DNA of 64,000 nt from Candidatus Latescibacterota bacterium (GTDB lineage: Bacteria; Latescibacterota; CBDEFO01): NCBI GenBank assembly GCA_965248755.1, contig OZ252149.1:2976001-3040000 (forward strand), given 5' to 3'. Below are positions 18,358 through 28,242 of the stretch, in pieces. Numbering within the stretch: the first letter of the stretch is position 1; each line of letters starts with the position of its first letter. Made by a program: the position numbers and the translations under genes. Under the pieces are notes generated by a model. That model was not told where the DNA came from and made no database searches. It saw nothing but the letters and a program-made list of their open reading frames with translations.

Positions 18358-21132
18358 CTACTTCATCAAAACCAGCTTCTTCGACTGCCCAAATCCCTCC
18401 GTCTTCAAGCGATACAGATAGACCCCACTGGCAAGACTTTTACCATTGTCATCTTTGCCATTCCATATTACGGAGTAGCTACCGACTGATCTGTAACCAT
18501 CCACCAACGTTGCAACCTTATGTCCCATCAGATTGAACACAGATAGCTCAACGTGACTTTGGACAGGAAGGTCATAGTGGATCACTGTTTGGTGGTTGAA
18601 GGGATTGGGATAGTTCTGGGCTAGGGAGTAAGCTTCAGGAACGTTTAATGATGGTTCTTCATACTCTGTTACAGCAGTGATAGGTATATCAGAAAGATTC
18701 ATCAACACTGACACATTACCGCTGCTAAAATTACCTACGGCCAGATCATTATCTCCATCCCCGTCCAAATCTGCACTGAATACTGACCGCGGTTCGTCCC
18801 CAACTGCATAGTCCACTCTGGCTGCAAATTGCCCAGCTCCATTATTCAAAAACACTGATACAATGTTGCTGAACCTATTGGCCACAGCTAAGTCACTATC
18901 TCCATCTCCATCTAAATCTGCGCTGAATACTGATGTGGGAAAATCTCTTGTAGGACCAATATCAGTGGAGTAGTCCACATTAGTTGCAAATGAACCATCC
19001 CCATTGTTAAACAAAACCGATATATTATCGCTGAATACATTAGCCACAGCTAAGTCATTATCTCCATCCCCGTCTAAATCTGTACTTAATACTGATATGG
19101 GACCGTTCCCAGCGGCGTAGTCCACCTTGCCTGCAAATGTCCCATCTCCATTATTCATTAACACTGAAACATTATCGCTATACATATTAGCTACAGTTAG
19201 ATCATCATCTCCATCCCCATCTAAATCTGCACCAAATACTGCACTAGGAGAATACCCAGCGGTATAGTAAACCCCGTCTGCAAAAGTCCCATCTCCATTA
19301 TTCAATAACACCGAGACAGAACCGGGACCAAATCCCCTATTAGCCACAGCAAGATCATTATCTCCATCTCCATCTAAATCTGCACCGAACACTGAATTGG
19401 GACTAGCCCCGATACCGTACTCCACCTGAGGTGCAAATGTTCCGTCTCCATTATTCAATAACACCGAAAGAGTACTGGCTTGGTGACCAGAGCCCGCATT
19501 AGCTACAGCCAGGTCATTATCTCCATCACCGTCTAAATCCACGCTGAATACTGAATAGGGATCAAACCCAGCAGCATAGTCCACCTTAGGTGCAAACGTC
19601 CCATTTCCATTATTTAGCAGCACTGACACTCTAGCCGTAACTAGGTCATTGTCTCCATCCCCATCTAGATCCGCAATAAAGACTGAACCCCAAGCAGGAT
19701 AGGCAGTTGGGTGTCCAAAAAGGGGAGGAACAAAAGCAAATCTGTCAAAGAGCGTATCGGCCTGACTGTCGGGATTTGTGACTATTACATCCACAGTACC
19801 GACAGGAAGAGCAGGAGTCGTAGCAGTAATGCTCTGGGTGGTCACTGCGACTACATCTGTGGCTGTGCTATTTCCAAAAGTGACAGTTGTTCCTCTCTGG
19901 AAATCCCTCCCTGCTATTGTCACACGGGCACTTCTCAGTTCTACGCCAAGAGTGGGATTAATAGATGTGACAACAGGGGGAGCAGGAGGAGGCGCCACAG
20001 AGAGATTCAACAACACTGACACACTATCAGACACATAATCGAGGCCTCGACTAGCTACAGCCAAGTCATTATCCCCATCTCCATCTAAATCTGCAATGAA
20101 CACTGATCTGGGACTATACCCGACAACATAGTTTATCCTAAGTCCAAACGTCCCATCTCCATTATTTAACAACACGGATACGTCATTGCCGCCGAACCCT
20201 TTAGCTACAGCCAGGTCATTAGCTCCGTCCCCATCCAAATCCGCAATGAAGACTGATGTGGGACTATGCCCGACAAAATAGTCGACCTTTGTTGCGAATG
20301 TCCCATCTCCCTTGTTCATCAGCACCGATACATTATCGACAGCAATGTTAGCCACAGCCAGGTCATTATCCCCATCACCATCTAAATCCGCACTGAAAAC
20401 GGCTTCAGGGCGATACCCAGTCGGATAGTCCACCTTAGATGCAAATGTTCCATCCCCATTATTCATCAACACCGATACATTATCGTTGAGCCAATTCGTG
20501 ACCACTAGATCATTATCTCCATCACCATCTAAATCCGCGCTAAACACTGAAGAGGGAGCGTCTCCAGCGGTATAGTCCACTTTAGGTGCAAACGTCCCAT
20601 CCCCATTATTCGTTAACACTGATACATTACTGATATTCCCAGAGAGAGCTCTATTAGCCGTGATTAAGTCGTTATCCCCATCTCCATTTAGATCGGCAAT
20701 GAAAACCGATGAAGAACTATTCGAAGAACTATTCCCAGTGGCATAGTCCACCTTATGTGCAAATGTCCCATCCCCGTTATTCATTAACACTGAAACATTA
20801 TCGCTCCAAATATTAGCTACAGTTAGATCAATATCTTCATCCCCATCTAAATCTGCACTGAATACTGATATGGGAGCGGTCCCAGCGGCGTAGTCCACCT
20901 TGCCTGCAAATGTCCCATCTCCATTGTTTAACAACACTGATACAGTACGGCTGCCTTCATTAGCCGTGATTAAGTCGTTATCCCCATCTCCATTTAGATC
21001 GGCAATGAAAACCGATGAAGGACCGTTCCCAGTGGCATAGTCGACCTTAGGTGCGAAAAGACCTTGCGCATAGACAGGCGCATTCAAAGCGACTAACAGC
21101 ATCAGAGCTGTATACAAGATTCCCTGTCTCAT
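18358..21132 (-). CDS. Secreted FG-GAP repeat (two blocks) + IPT/TIG protein with T9SS type-A/FlgD-like C-terminal domain
   Basis: Signal peptide, about 14 DLDGDGD repeats, QNYPNPFN..WNGKD..G..LASGVYLY. Confidence 0.9.
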   Translation of the reverse strand: MRQGILYTALMLLVALNAPVYAQGLFAPKVDYATGNGPSSVFIADLNGDGDNDLITANEGSRTVSVLLNNGDGTFAGKVDYAAGTAPISVFSADLDGDEDIDLTVANIWSDNVSVLMNNGDGTFAHKVDYATGNSSSNSSSSVFIADLNGDGDNDLITANRALSGNISNVSVLTNNGDGTFAPKVDYTAGDAPSSVFSADLDGDGDNDLVVTNWLNDNVSVLMNNGDGTFASKVDYPTGYRPEAVFSADLDGDGDNDLAVANIAVDNVSVLMNKGDGTFATKVDYFVGHSPTSVFIADLDGDGANDLAVAKGFGGNDVSVLLNNGDGTFGLRINYVVGYSPRSVFIADLDGDGDNDLAVASRGLDYVSDSVSVLLNLSVAPPPAPPVVTSINPTLGVELRSARVTIAGRDFQRGTTVTFGNSTATDVVAVTTQSITATTPALPVGTVDVIVTNPDSQADTLFDRFAFVPPLFGHPTAYPAWGSVFIADLDGDGDNDLVTARVSVLLNNGNGTFAPKVDYAAGFDPYSVFSVDLDGDGDNDLAVANAGSGHQASTLSVLLNNGDGTFAPQVEYGIGASPNSVFGADLDGDGDNDLAVANRGFGPGSVSVLLNNGDGTFADGVYYTAGYSPSAVFGADLDGDGDDDLTVANMYSDNVSVLMNNGDGTFAGKVDYAAGNGPISVLSTDLDGDGDNDLAVANVFSDNISVLFNNGDGSFATNVDYSTDIGPTRDFPTSVFSADLDGDGDSDLAVANRFSNIVSVFLNNGAGQFAARVDYAVGDEPRSVFSADLDGDGDNDLAVGNFSSGNVSVLMNLSDIPITAVTEYEEPSLNVPEAYSLAQNYPNPFNHQTVIHYDLPVQSHVELSVFNLMGHKVATLVDGYRSVGSYSVIWNGKDDNGKSLASGVYLYRLKTEGFGQSKKLVLMK

Positions 21133-21394
21133 TGATAGGTCTCCCTTTCTATACAGTCAGAGTTGTTGTCGGGCTCCTTCGTTACGACCAGAGTAAGAAT
21201 AAAACCTGATCGTGGCATCTTCTGTCACAGTCCTCCACGACTCTGCCCTCTATTCTTTGTATGTCCGTAATGCAGTATTTACGGACATACTTAAGCTCTC
21301 ATCTCCGGAGAGCTCAGTGCCGCAACTATCGCAAATATCATTTTCATAGTGATAATCCTTTCGCTCACAGGATTCAGAACTGTTACATTAGTCT

Positions 21395-22999
21395 CTACTG
21401 TTTTCCTGTCAGCCATTCGCGGACGATCTGCTTTTGTATCTTCCCCACGGAGGTGCGAGGCAGGGCGTCTATGAACTCCACTCTGCCGGGCACTTTGAAG
21501 GGTGAGAGACGTTCTGCACAGTGCGCCTGAACTGTCTCGGCGGTCAGGTCGGCTTCGGGCTTGGCGACTATCACCGCCACAACGGTCTCGTCTCGGAACT
21601 CATCGGACATGCTGACGACGCAGACATCCAGCACGCCGGGGCAGTCTGCAATTACAGCTTCCACCTCCACGCTGGAGACATTCTGCCCCGCTCGCTTGAT
21701 CAGGTCTTTGCCGCGATCTACAAAGTAGAGGAAGCCGTCTTCGTCTGCATAGGCCGTGTCACCTGAATATAGCCAGGTCCCATCGGGCATCTGGCGGAGC
21801 GTCTCCCCAGTCGCCTGCGGGTTCTTGAGATAACCGAGCATGATGGAGCGTCCCGGCGTCCCGCGCACTATCAGTTGGCCCTGCTGGCCCGGTTCAACTT
21901 CTTGTCCATCGTCATCTACGAGCTTTATCTGATAGCCCAATACAGGGCGCCCCATCGCCAGCAGATTCCGTTTCCCTGAGAGTGGACTCATAATCGGGAG
22001 GCCGCACGTCTCGGTCATCCCCCAGATTTGCTGGAGGGGGCAGGAGAATCTGCTGTGCCACTGGTCGTACTGCTCGGCCGTAAGATTCTGCGCAAAGGTC
22101 AAATTCCTGAGGGAATGGGCATTGTCCGCGGGGCGTTCGGGCTGATTCAGGAGCATCCTTAAGGGCGCGCCGAAGAGCGCCGCCAGCGTGCATTCGTACT
22201 TTTGGGCCTGCTCGAAGAAGCGGCTGGCGCTGAACCTGGGCATCACCGCGACGCTTGCGCCTGCTATCAAGGACGGCCAGAGGGCGTGACAGTGGGCGCC
22301 GCCGTGGAAGAAGGGGAGTGTGATCAGATGGCGGTCTTCCGCCCGAATGCCTGACCCCGCTCGAAAGACCTCAGCTCCATAAACAAGAGCCGCGTTGGTC
22401 TGCATGACGCCCTTAGGGCGCGCAGTCGTGCCTGAGGTGTACATCAAATTTACAGTCCTGTCAGACGCGCCCTCGCCCGGCGGTGGTTCTGGGGACTGAG
22501 CCGCAAGCTGGATTTCGTAGAGGGGGTGTTCTGAATTGCTTGCCGGCTGGCTGTCCGCGTCATCAGGGTTTGAAGTTCCCGTCTGGCAGAGCAGGACCTG
22601 ACGCACTGGCAGCCCGGCTGCAACTTCCCGAACCGCGTCCAGACTCCCCGCCTCGGTAAAGATGATCTCACTTGCGGAATGTGCGACTATATATGCCAGT
22701 TCGTCTGCGGTGGACTTTGGATTGGACGGCACGGCGATAGCGCCCAGATACGAGGCGGCCAGGAGAAGCTGAGGATAGGCCGGGTGATTGGGAAGATGCA
22801 GAATGAAGCCGTCTCCCGTTCCGATTCCCAGCTTATTCAAGAGGTTGGCGGCCCGATGGATGCTCTCCAGAAACTCTGCATACGTCCAGGAGAAGACCTG
22901 ACCGTCGGCGCGCTCATAGACGAGCCACGTCCGCTGCGGCTGATGCGCTGCATATGCCGCGAATATCGAATAGAGGGTCCGGTTTCCAGCAATGTCCAT
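21395..22999 (-). CDS. Crotonobetaine/carnitine-CoA ligase-like AMP-binding enzyme
   Basis: YTSGTTARPKG, WGMTET, SGD, DRGKDLIKRAG.NVSS and LPRTSVGK motifs. Confidence 0.85.
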   Translation of the reverse strand: MDIAGNRTLYSIFAAYAAHQPQRTWLVYERADGQVFSWTYAEFLESIHRAANLLNKLGIGTGDGFILHLPNHPAYPQLLLAASYLGAIAVPSNPKSTADELAYIVAHSASEIIFTEAGSLDAVREVAAGLPVRQVLLCQTGTSNPDDADSQPASNSEHPLYEIQLAAQSPEPPPGEGASDRTVNLMYTSGTTARPKGVMQTNAALVYGAEVFRAGSGIRAEDRHLITLPFFHGGAHCHALWPSLIAGASVAVMPRFSASRFFEQAQKYECTLAALFGAPLRMLLNQPERPADNAHSLRNLTFAQNLTAEQYDQWHSRFSCPLQQIWGMTETCGLPIMSPLSGKRNLLAMGRPVLGYQIKLVDDDGQEVEPGQQGQLIVRGTPGRSIMLGYLKNPQATGETLRQMPDGTWLYSGDTAYADEDGFLYFVDRGKDLIKRAGQNVSSVEVEAVIADCPGVLDVCVVSMSDEFRDETVVAVIVAKPEADLTAETVQAHCAERLSPFKVPGRVEFIDALPRTSVGKIQKQIVREWLTGKQ

Positions 23000-23094
23000 A
23001 TTTAGACCTCAGGAGACAGGGTATGGCCTTTCCTCCAAGCCGTTATTGCGAGGAGGCGTGCCCCCGAATGATTCAATCGGGGACTCCGCTATAC

Positions 23095-23853
23095 CTACAT
23101 TTTATCGTGATAATACTCCAATATCGTCTCTATTCCAGCAAGGTGGGCGTCCACCCTTGCTCTCAGAGGCAGACCTGTCGGACTTTCCAAGGCTATGGCG
23201 TGATCCGTGTGGTTTTCCCAGGTATGCGAGCGCATCGAGTGATAACGCGGATCGTCTGAGTACATCTCCTGAGTTATCATGCCGTCCGATGCAGCTACCT
23301 GGTCTATGACCGTATCTCTATTTATGGGACAGATGTCTTCCACTGTTTCGATGATCCTCCCGCCTATCAGTTCTCCCGATCTCCTCTGTTCATAGAGGTA
23401 GAACCCCACGCTGTCGTAATCCTCGTGCAGGTCTATGATCACGTGAAAGCGACGCCCCGACAGTGACTCCTTTATCATAACCGCCTCAGAAGTCTCGTCA
23501 GTCTTAAAGGTGCGGTTTATGTCCGCGCCGTCGCTGTTATCGCGCCTATTGTGCACGTAGCCGTGCGGGTTGTTGCAGGGGTAGATCAAAAAGTTGAAGC
23601 CATCTACAAGTTGGGTATTTCCCTGCTCCAGAAACTCAAGGAGGGCCTCGACTCCCGCGGGCTCGTCTCCGTGTATGCCGGCACAGATCAGGACAGACTT
23701 TGCCTCTGTTGTGGCGGATTCCAGCTCCCCGATAGAGTCATTCGGGGACAACTCCAGCGTGAGTATCGGATAGCCGCCTGCCGTCCCGATCACTTTCCTG
23801 TGCGCAGGGAGTTTGTCTATCCTGCTGAGGAGATCGTTGTAGTCTCGGAGCAT
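23095..23853 (-). CDS. M14 zinc carboxypeptidase / succinylglutamate desuccinylase family
   Basis: AGIHGDEPAG, NP.G, DINR and IDLHED motifs. Confidence 0.85.
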   Translation of the reverse strand: MLRDYNDLLSRIDKLPAHRKVIGTAGGYPILTLELSPNDSIGELESATTEAKSVLICAGIHGDEPAGVEALLEFLEQGNTQLVDGFNFLIYPCNNPHGYVHNRRDNSDGADINRTFKTDETSEAVMIKESLSGRRFHVIIDLHEDYDSVGFYLYEQRRSGELIGGRIIETVEDICPINRDTVIDQVAASDGMITQEMYSDDPRYHSMRSHTWENHTDHAIALESPTGLPLRARVDAHLAGIETILEYYHDKM

Positions 23854-24145
23854 ATTATTAAGTCAGTAGAGGGGTTGTAGGGGGCGAGTTGATCCCCGAT
23901 AGGTTCAATCGGGGACGCAATATGACAGACACGTTATGCGCCTTCGGCAAGATGCGCCAAAGGCAAGATGCGCCTTCGTCAAGATACGAACAAAACGCAC
24001 GTTTGTCAAGTGCTTCAATAGCGCAGATTTAGGTTGACTTTATCCCCTGAGCAGGCTATCTTAGGCTCAATAATTCCTGAGTAGGCTCAGTATTTCCTGT
24101 CACCTATAGTGAAACTTGACACTACAGCATGGAGGATCTGTCAGA

Positions 24146-25060
24146 ATGAAAGAGAGGATAGCCTATCTAAATGGAGAGATGATGCCTTTCAGAGAAGCGG
24201 GGGTCTCCATCGTAGATTCGGGCGTAGTCTTGGGATGCACGGTCACCGAGATGACGCGCACGTTCAATCAAAAACCGTTCAGGCTGAAAGATCATATGGA
24301 GCGGCTCTACCGATCTTTGAGATACGTAAGGATAGACCCCGGGGTGGATCTTGAGGGTATGGAGCGGCTCTCCATGCGGGTTCTGGAGGCCAACCTGCCC
24401 ATGCTGGAGGCAGACCAGGACTGCGGTCTTATCCATTTTATCACGGGAGGTCAAATAGCCGCCTACGCCGACATAGATCCGGGCGCCGTAAGGCCCACTG
24501 TCTGCATCCATACGATTCCCTTAAAGACCGAGTCATGGGCCAGCTTCTACGCTGAGGGCGCAAGTGTGGTGACGCCTTCCATCAGGCACGTGCCGCCGCA
24601 GTGCTTAGATCCCAAGATGAAATACAGAAGCCGGATGCACTTCTATCTGGCGGAGCAGGAGGTCAAACATGCCGACAGCGAGGCGTTTACGCTGCTTCTG
24701 GACATAGACGGAAACGTCACGGAGGCGTCGGGTGCCAACTTCCTGATCGCAAAGGACGACGCCATCTACTCTCCCACGACGCGAAACATACTCCCCGGAG
24801 TAAGCCGGGCGACTGTTTTTGATCTTGCAGACGGAATGGGCATTACGTGTATTGAAAAAGACCTTCAGGTGCACGATGTGTGCAACGCAGATGAGGCATT
24901 CTTAGCCAGCACGCCTTACTGCATACTGCCTGTCGTAAAGATAAACGGCATACCCATTAAAGATGGGAAGCCAGGGCCGCTGGTTGCAAAACTGCTAGAG
25001 GAGTGGAGCAAGATGGTGGGCGTGGACATCGTAGCGCAGGCGGGGGTGCCTACTTTGTAG
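24146..25060 (+). CDS. Class IV PLP aminotransferase (IlvE/DAT-like)
   Basis: FRL.DH.ERL, VTEASGAN, ILPGVSR and ADEAFL motifs. Confidence 0.9.
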   Translation: MKERIAYLNGEMMPFREAGVSIVDSGVVLGCTVTEMTRTFNQKPFRLKDHMERLYRSLRYVRIDPGVDLEGMERLSMRVLEANLPMLEADQDCGLIHFITGGQIAAYADIDPGAVRPTVCIHTIPLKTESWASFYAEGASVVTPSIRHVPPQCLDPKMKYRSRMHFYLAEQEVKHADSEAFTLLLDIDGNVTEASGANFLIAKDDAIYSPTTRNILPGVSRATVFDLADGMGITCIEKDLQVHDVCNADEAFLASTPYCILPVVKINGIPIKDGKPGPLVAKLLEEWSKMVGVDIVAQAGVPTL

Positions 25061-25154
25061 GCGTCAGAGGGTCATACGTTGTAGGCGGGATAAGAGGCTT
25101 GATCAAGCAAGTAGAGTTGAGCGGAAGCTGGAGAAGGCAGGAGGGGAGTGGACT

Positions 25155-25532
25155 TCAACGATGCAATTTGAAGAATTCTTCTGGGCCATTTGCAGTCAGA
25201 ACAAGCTGATTAAGCAGGTCTCTGCCTATTAAGAAGTTTGCCAGGGGTATGGAAACAACTTCGAGTGGAAAGGAAAAAGAATGGTCGATAGATAGTCTAA
25301 CTTCATGTGTGGGAAGTGGACGTGACGGTCCACCTAATATCCCTCTCAGAGAAACAGCTCCTCTTACAGGCAGCTGTAATTTGCTTCGCAAACTCTCGGG
25401 AATGATGCTCCTGCTGGCACCGGTATCGATCTTCGCTGGAGCTTCTATTCCGTCTTCCGCATCCATCGGTGAGACCATGACGCTTAGGATTAGCGCAGGT
25501 CTAGATGTATCACGCGAGTAGTCAAATCTCAT
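25155..25532 (-). CDS. Retropepsin-like aspartyl protease
   Basis: IDTGA catalytic motif and LIGRDLL. Confidence 0.85.
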   Translation of the reverse strand: MRFDYSRDTSRPALILSVMVSPMDAEDGIEAPAKIDTGASRSIIPESLRSKLQLPVRGAVSLRGILGGPSRPLPTHEVRLSIDHSFSFPLEVVSIPLANFLIGRDLLNQLVLTANGPEEFFKLHR

Positions 25533-25816
25533 CGCACTATTCTGGGTGACGGTATTGTGACGACAGGTATATGTTGTTCTACTTTCATAAGGAGGACATC
25601 TTCACTGGGATAGATCTTGTTTATCCGCTTAGCTAATTTGAACTTATCCCTGTCAGAATCGATCACTTCTTTGTTCTTAATGGCGACAAAGTTGCCTTTG
25701 TAAGCCTCATCCTCTAACAATTTACTTTTGCTAGTATTGAAGAACTCCGGTTCTTCCGCCCATTCCCTCAATTCCCTATCACTTTGGCTCTCTGGATCCA
25801 CTTTCTCTTTAACCAT
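25529..25816 (-). CDS. DUF5678-like small protein coupled to the aspartyl protease
   Basis: YKGNFVAIKNKEVIDSD.D motif; ATGA overlap with the protease. Confidence 0.7.
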   Translation of the reverse strand: MVKEKVDPESQSDRELREWAEEPEFFNTSKSKLLEDEAYKGNFVAIKNKEVIDSDRDKFKLAKRINKIYPSEDVLLMKVEQHIPVVTIPSPRIVR

Positions 25817-25853
25817 TGCTTATACCTTTGTCAGTCAGTCTTGGCGAACAATC

Positions 25854-25913
25854 TGTGACACAGGTCACACTTCATCAAGAAGATACGAAAACGGCTGTGT
25901 GATGTCAATCACA
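25854..25913 (-). promoter_or_regulatory. Sigma70-type promoter with two CRP/FNR-type TGTGA-N6-TCACA sites
   Basis: Sites at 25854-25869 and 25898-25913; minus strand TTGACA-N17-TATCTT; diverged copy at 26236-26297. Confidence 0.65.
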
Positions 25914-25954
25914 TTTGTTCTGCTCCCGATCGGGGACTCTGATCGCCGATACAT

Positions 25955-26140
25955 TCATTCGGGGGCAGGTTCAGGGCTTTCAGAAGCGAGATTTTCTTCG
26001 GTTGAAGATAGCCCGGACTTCAGGCGTCTCAGGTGTGGCTCGAGTTCTTCCCGTATCCTCTTAAAGTCCTCTTGGGCTTCACGAAAGTCCCTCTTGTGTT
26101 TTTCAGAACGATCTTCTTTCGGTGTCTGTTCCTCAGTCAT
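25955..26140 (-). CDS. Small hypothetical protein
   Basis: RBS gaggag; lies downstream of the duplicated promoter. Confidence 0.5.
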   Translation of the reverse strand: MTEEQTPKEDRSEKHKRDFREAQEDFKRIREELEPHLRRLKSGLSSTEENLASESPEPAPE

Positions 26141-26375
26141 ATTGGCTTGCGCTCCTCAATATCAGGTCTGGGTTCGCTTTGTCTTTCTTAGCTGTTGGTA
26201 CTACCTTATATAAACCAGTTTTTTAGCAGATATTCTGTGATACAGGTCACCTCACTACGCTAAAAGATATACAATTTGCCATCAGATGTCAATCACATTT
26301 GTTGTGCTCCGGAGCTGAGGGCTTAAGCATACCTGTAAACGCTACATTACGGACATAGTCAAGGGAGATTCAAAG

Positions 26376-26984
26376 ATGGTACGAAAAATAGTTGTTGTCG
26401 TTTCACTCGTTATGCTGTGGCCTATCTTAGTCTTTGCTGAACGACAACTGGAAGATGTAGTGTATTTAAAGAACGGGAGCATTATCCAAGGGGTTATCAT
26501 TGAGCTGAGCCCTGGCGCAAGTCTCAAGCTTCGCACACGAGATGGAAGCATCTTCGTGTATCAAATGGATGAGATACTGAAGATTGCGAAGGAAGCTCCG
26601 ATAGCGCAGCTTACGGAAGTGAAGAGTCCCGGAAAAGCCTTGGGGCTTTCACTTGTTGGCGGATTGTATTTTGCAACTGGAGTAGGGCAATGGTATAATG
26701 GTGACATCGCAAAAGGCTTCGTCTTTTTCGGACTGAGCAACTTGGCCAACACCTCTATTGTTAAGGCTTTAGAAGACAATATCAATTCCTCTGGCGCTAT
26801 GTTACGCCTATCAAGTTATGCGATAGCGGCTATTGATGCTTACGAATCCGCTAAGAGGAAGAACGAGAGTCAATGGTATAGGGACGCACTGAAACAAGAT
26901 TCTCCTCGAGTGGCTCTGTCCATTATTCCTGTTGTAAGGAATCACCCAAGCGGGGTATTCATATTGGCAACGACTTCTTTCTAG
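26376..26984 (+). CDS. Hypothetical secreted/membrane protein (TM2/DUF5683-like)
   Basis: Signal peptide, DVVYLKNGSII.G, KSP.KA...G.GQWYNG. Confidence 0.7.
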   Translation: MVRKIVVVVSLVMLWPILVFAERQLEDVVYLKNGSIIQGVIIELSPGASLKLRTRDGSIFVYQMDEILKIAKEAPIAQLTEVKSPGKALGLSLVGGLYFATGVGQWYNGDIAKGFVFFGLSNLANTSIVKALEDNINSSGAMLRLSSYAIAAIDAYESAKRKNESQWYRDALKQDSPRVALSIIPVVRNHPSGVFILATTSF

Positions 26985-27099
26985 GTGATTTGGAATGTGA
27001 TTCGTAGAGCAGGGAGGACATACCGTCTGGCCAATCAGAGAGGAAGGGTTACAACAGAGCATTACCAAATGTAGAATAGCAAATGAGGAGTAAAAACAC

Positions 27100-28041
27100 A
27101 TGGTAAGAACCTTCGTTTTCCCCGGCGTTATAGTGTTAGCACTGGTACTATCAGGCGCAGGTCAGGCATACGGGTTTTTAGGTTTTGGGACGCACGCGAG
27201 GTCTGTGTCAATGGGGGGAGCCTTTGTGGCGGTGGCAGACGATCAGGATGCGGTCTTATTGAATCCGTCTGGTCTCGGTCAGATAAAGACTAGAATTGTA
27301 GCTTACACGAATCTGAGTTTAGGTTTGCCAGGAGTGGAGGGTGATGATTTGGGTAAGCGCTTATTAACATACGTTCATCCTTTTGGTGGGAATGTGGGTA
27401 CATTGGGTTTTGGTTATCAGCGCGTGGGGAGTGAGAATTTCAATGAGAACGGTATTACGGCAAGTTGGGGTAAGGAGCTTGGACGTGGGATCCATCTAGG
27501 ATTGGGTTTGAGTTATTTGTGGTGGAGTGTAGGTGATATACTGGATAATAAAGGGAGGGCAGATCCTTTGGGGGGGAGCAGTGGGAATATAGGAGTAGAC
27601 ATAGGTGGATTATGGAGGAGTCCTTGGGATTTTAGTTTGGGGTTATTTTTGAAGAACATAAATAAACCGGATTTATCCAAGGATAGAGGTAATATAGAGG
27701 TACAGGATGGTGCTGGCAAGTTGCCGTTTGACATACATTTTGGTGGTAGTTATCGTCTTGAGAGGGGTTTATTGAGTGTAGATTATGTAGTAATGGATGT
27801 AGGGGGGGAACGCGATACAGATACAAGGTTATTCTTCGGCGGAGAGGTAGATTTGGTGGCGGGGTTTAGTTTTCGGGTGGGCGGCAATCGGATATTTGAG
27901 GAGAGTAGCACGGGGGGATTCAGTTGGGGGGTGGGTTATGAGTTTAGCAACGGTATAGATTTAGATTATGCTTACAACAATCCCGTGCGTTCAGTGGGGT
28001 CTGGTGGCTTTGACAGATTCAGCTTCGCATATAAATTCTAA
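27100..28041 (+). CDS. PorV/PorQ-like outer-membrane beta-barrel, copy 1
   Basis: AR..SMGGAFVAVADD......NPSGL; C-terminal YKF. Confidence 0.8.
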   Translation: MVRTFVFPGVIVLALVLSGAGQAYGFLGFGTHARSVSMGGAFVAVADDQDAVLLNPSGLGQIKTRIVAYTNLSLGLPGVEGDDLGKRLLTYVHPFGGNVGTLGFGYQRVGSENFNENGITASWGKELGRGIHLGLGLSYLWWSVGDILDNKGRADPLGGSSGNIGVDIGGLWRSPWDFSLGLFLKNINKPDLSKDRGNIEVQDGAGKLPFDIHFGGSYRLERGLLSVDYVVMDVGGERDTDTRLFFGGEVDLVAGFSFRVGGNRIFEESSTGGFSWGVGYEFSNGIDLDYAYNNPVRSVGSGGFDRFSFAYKF

Positions 28042-28242
28042 ATGTCGGGTCAAAATAGTCTGGACAAGATTAAAAATATCCCAAAATAGTAGATCGTATA
28101 CAGCAGACGAAGCACTTCCAGTGAGATTGTTTAGCTTCATCCCTCGTTCATTGCGAGAGGCATTCTCCCAAACCGATCTCCCAGGAGATTCCTGTCTACT
28201 TAAGTCTGTAAATACTGCATTGCGGATATAGAAAGAATAGAG

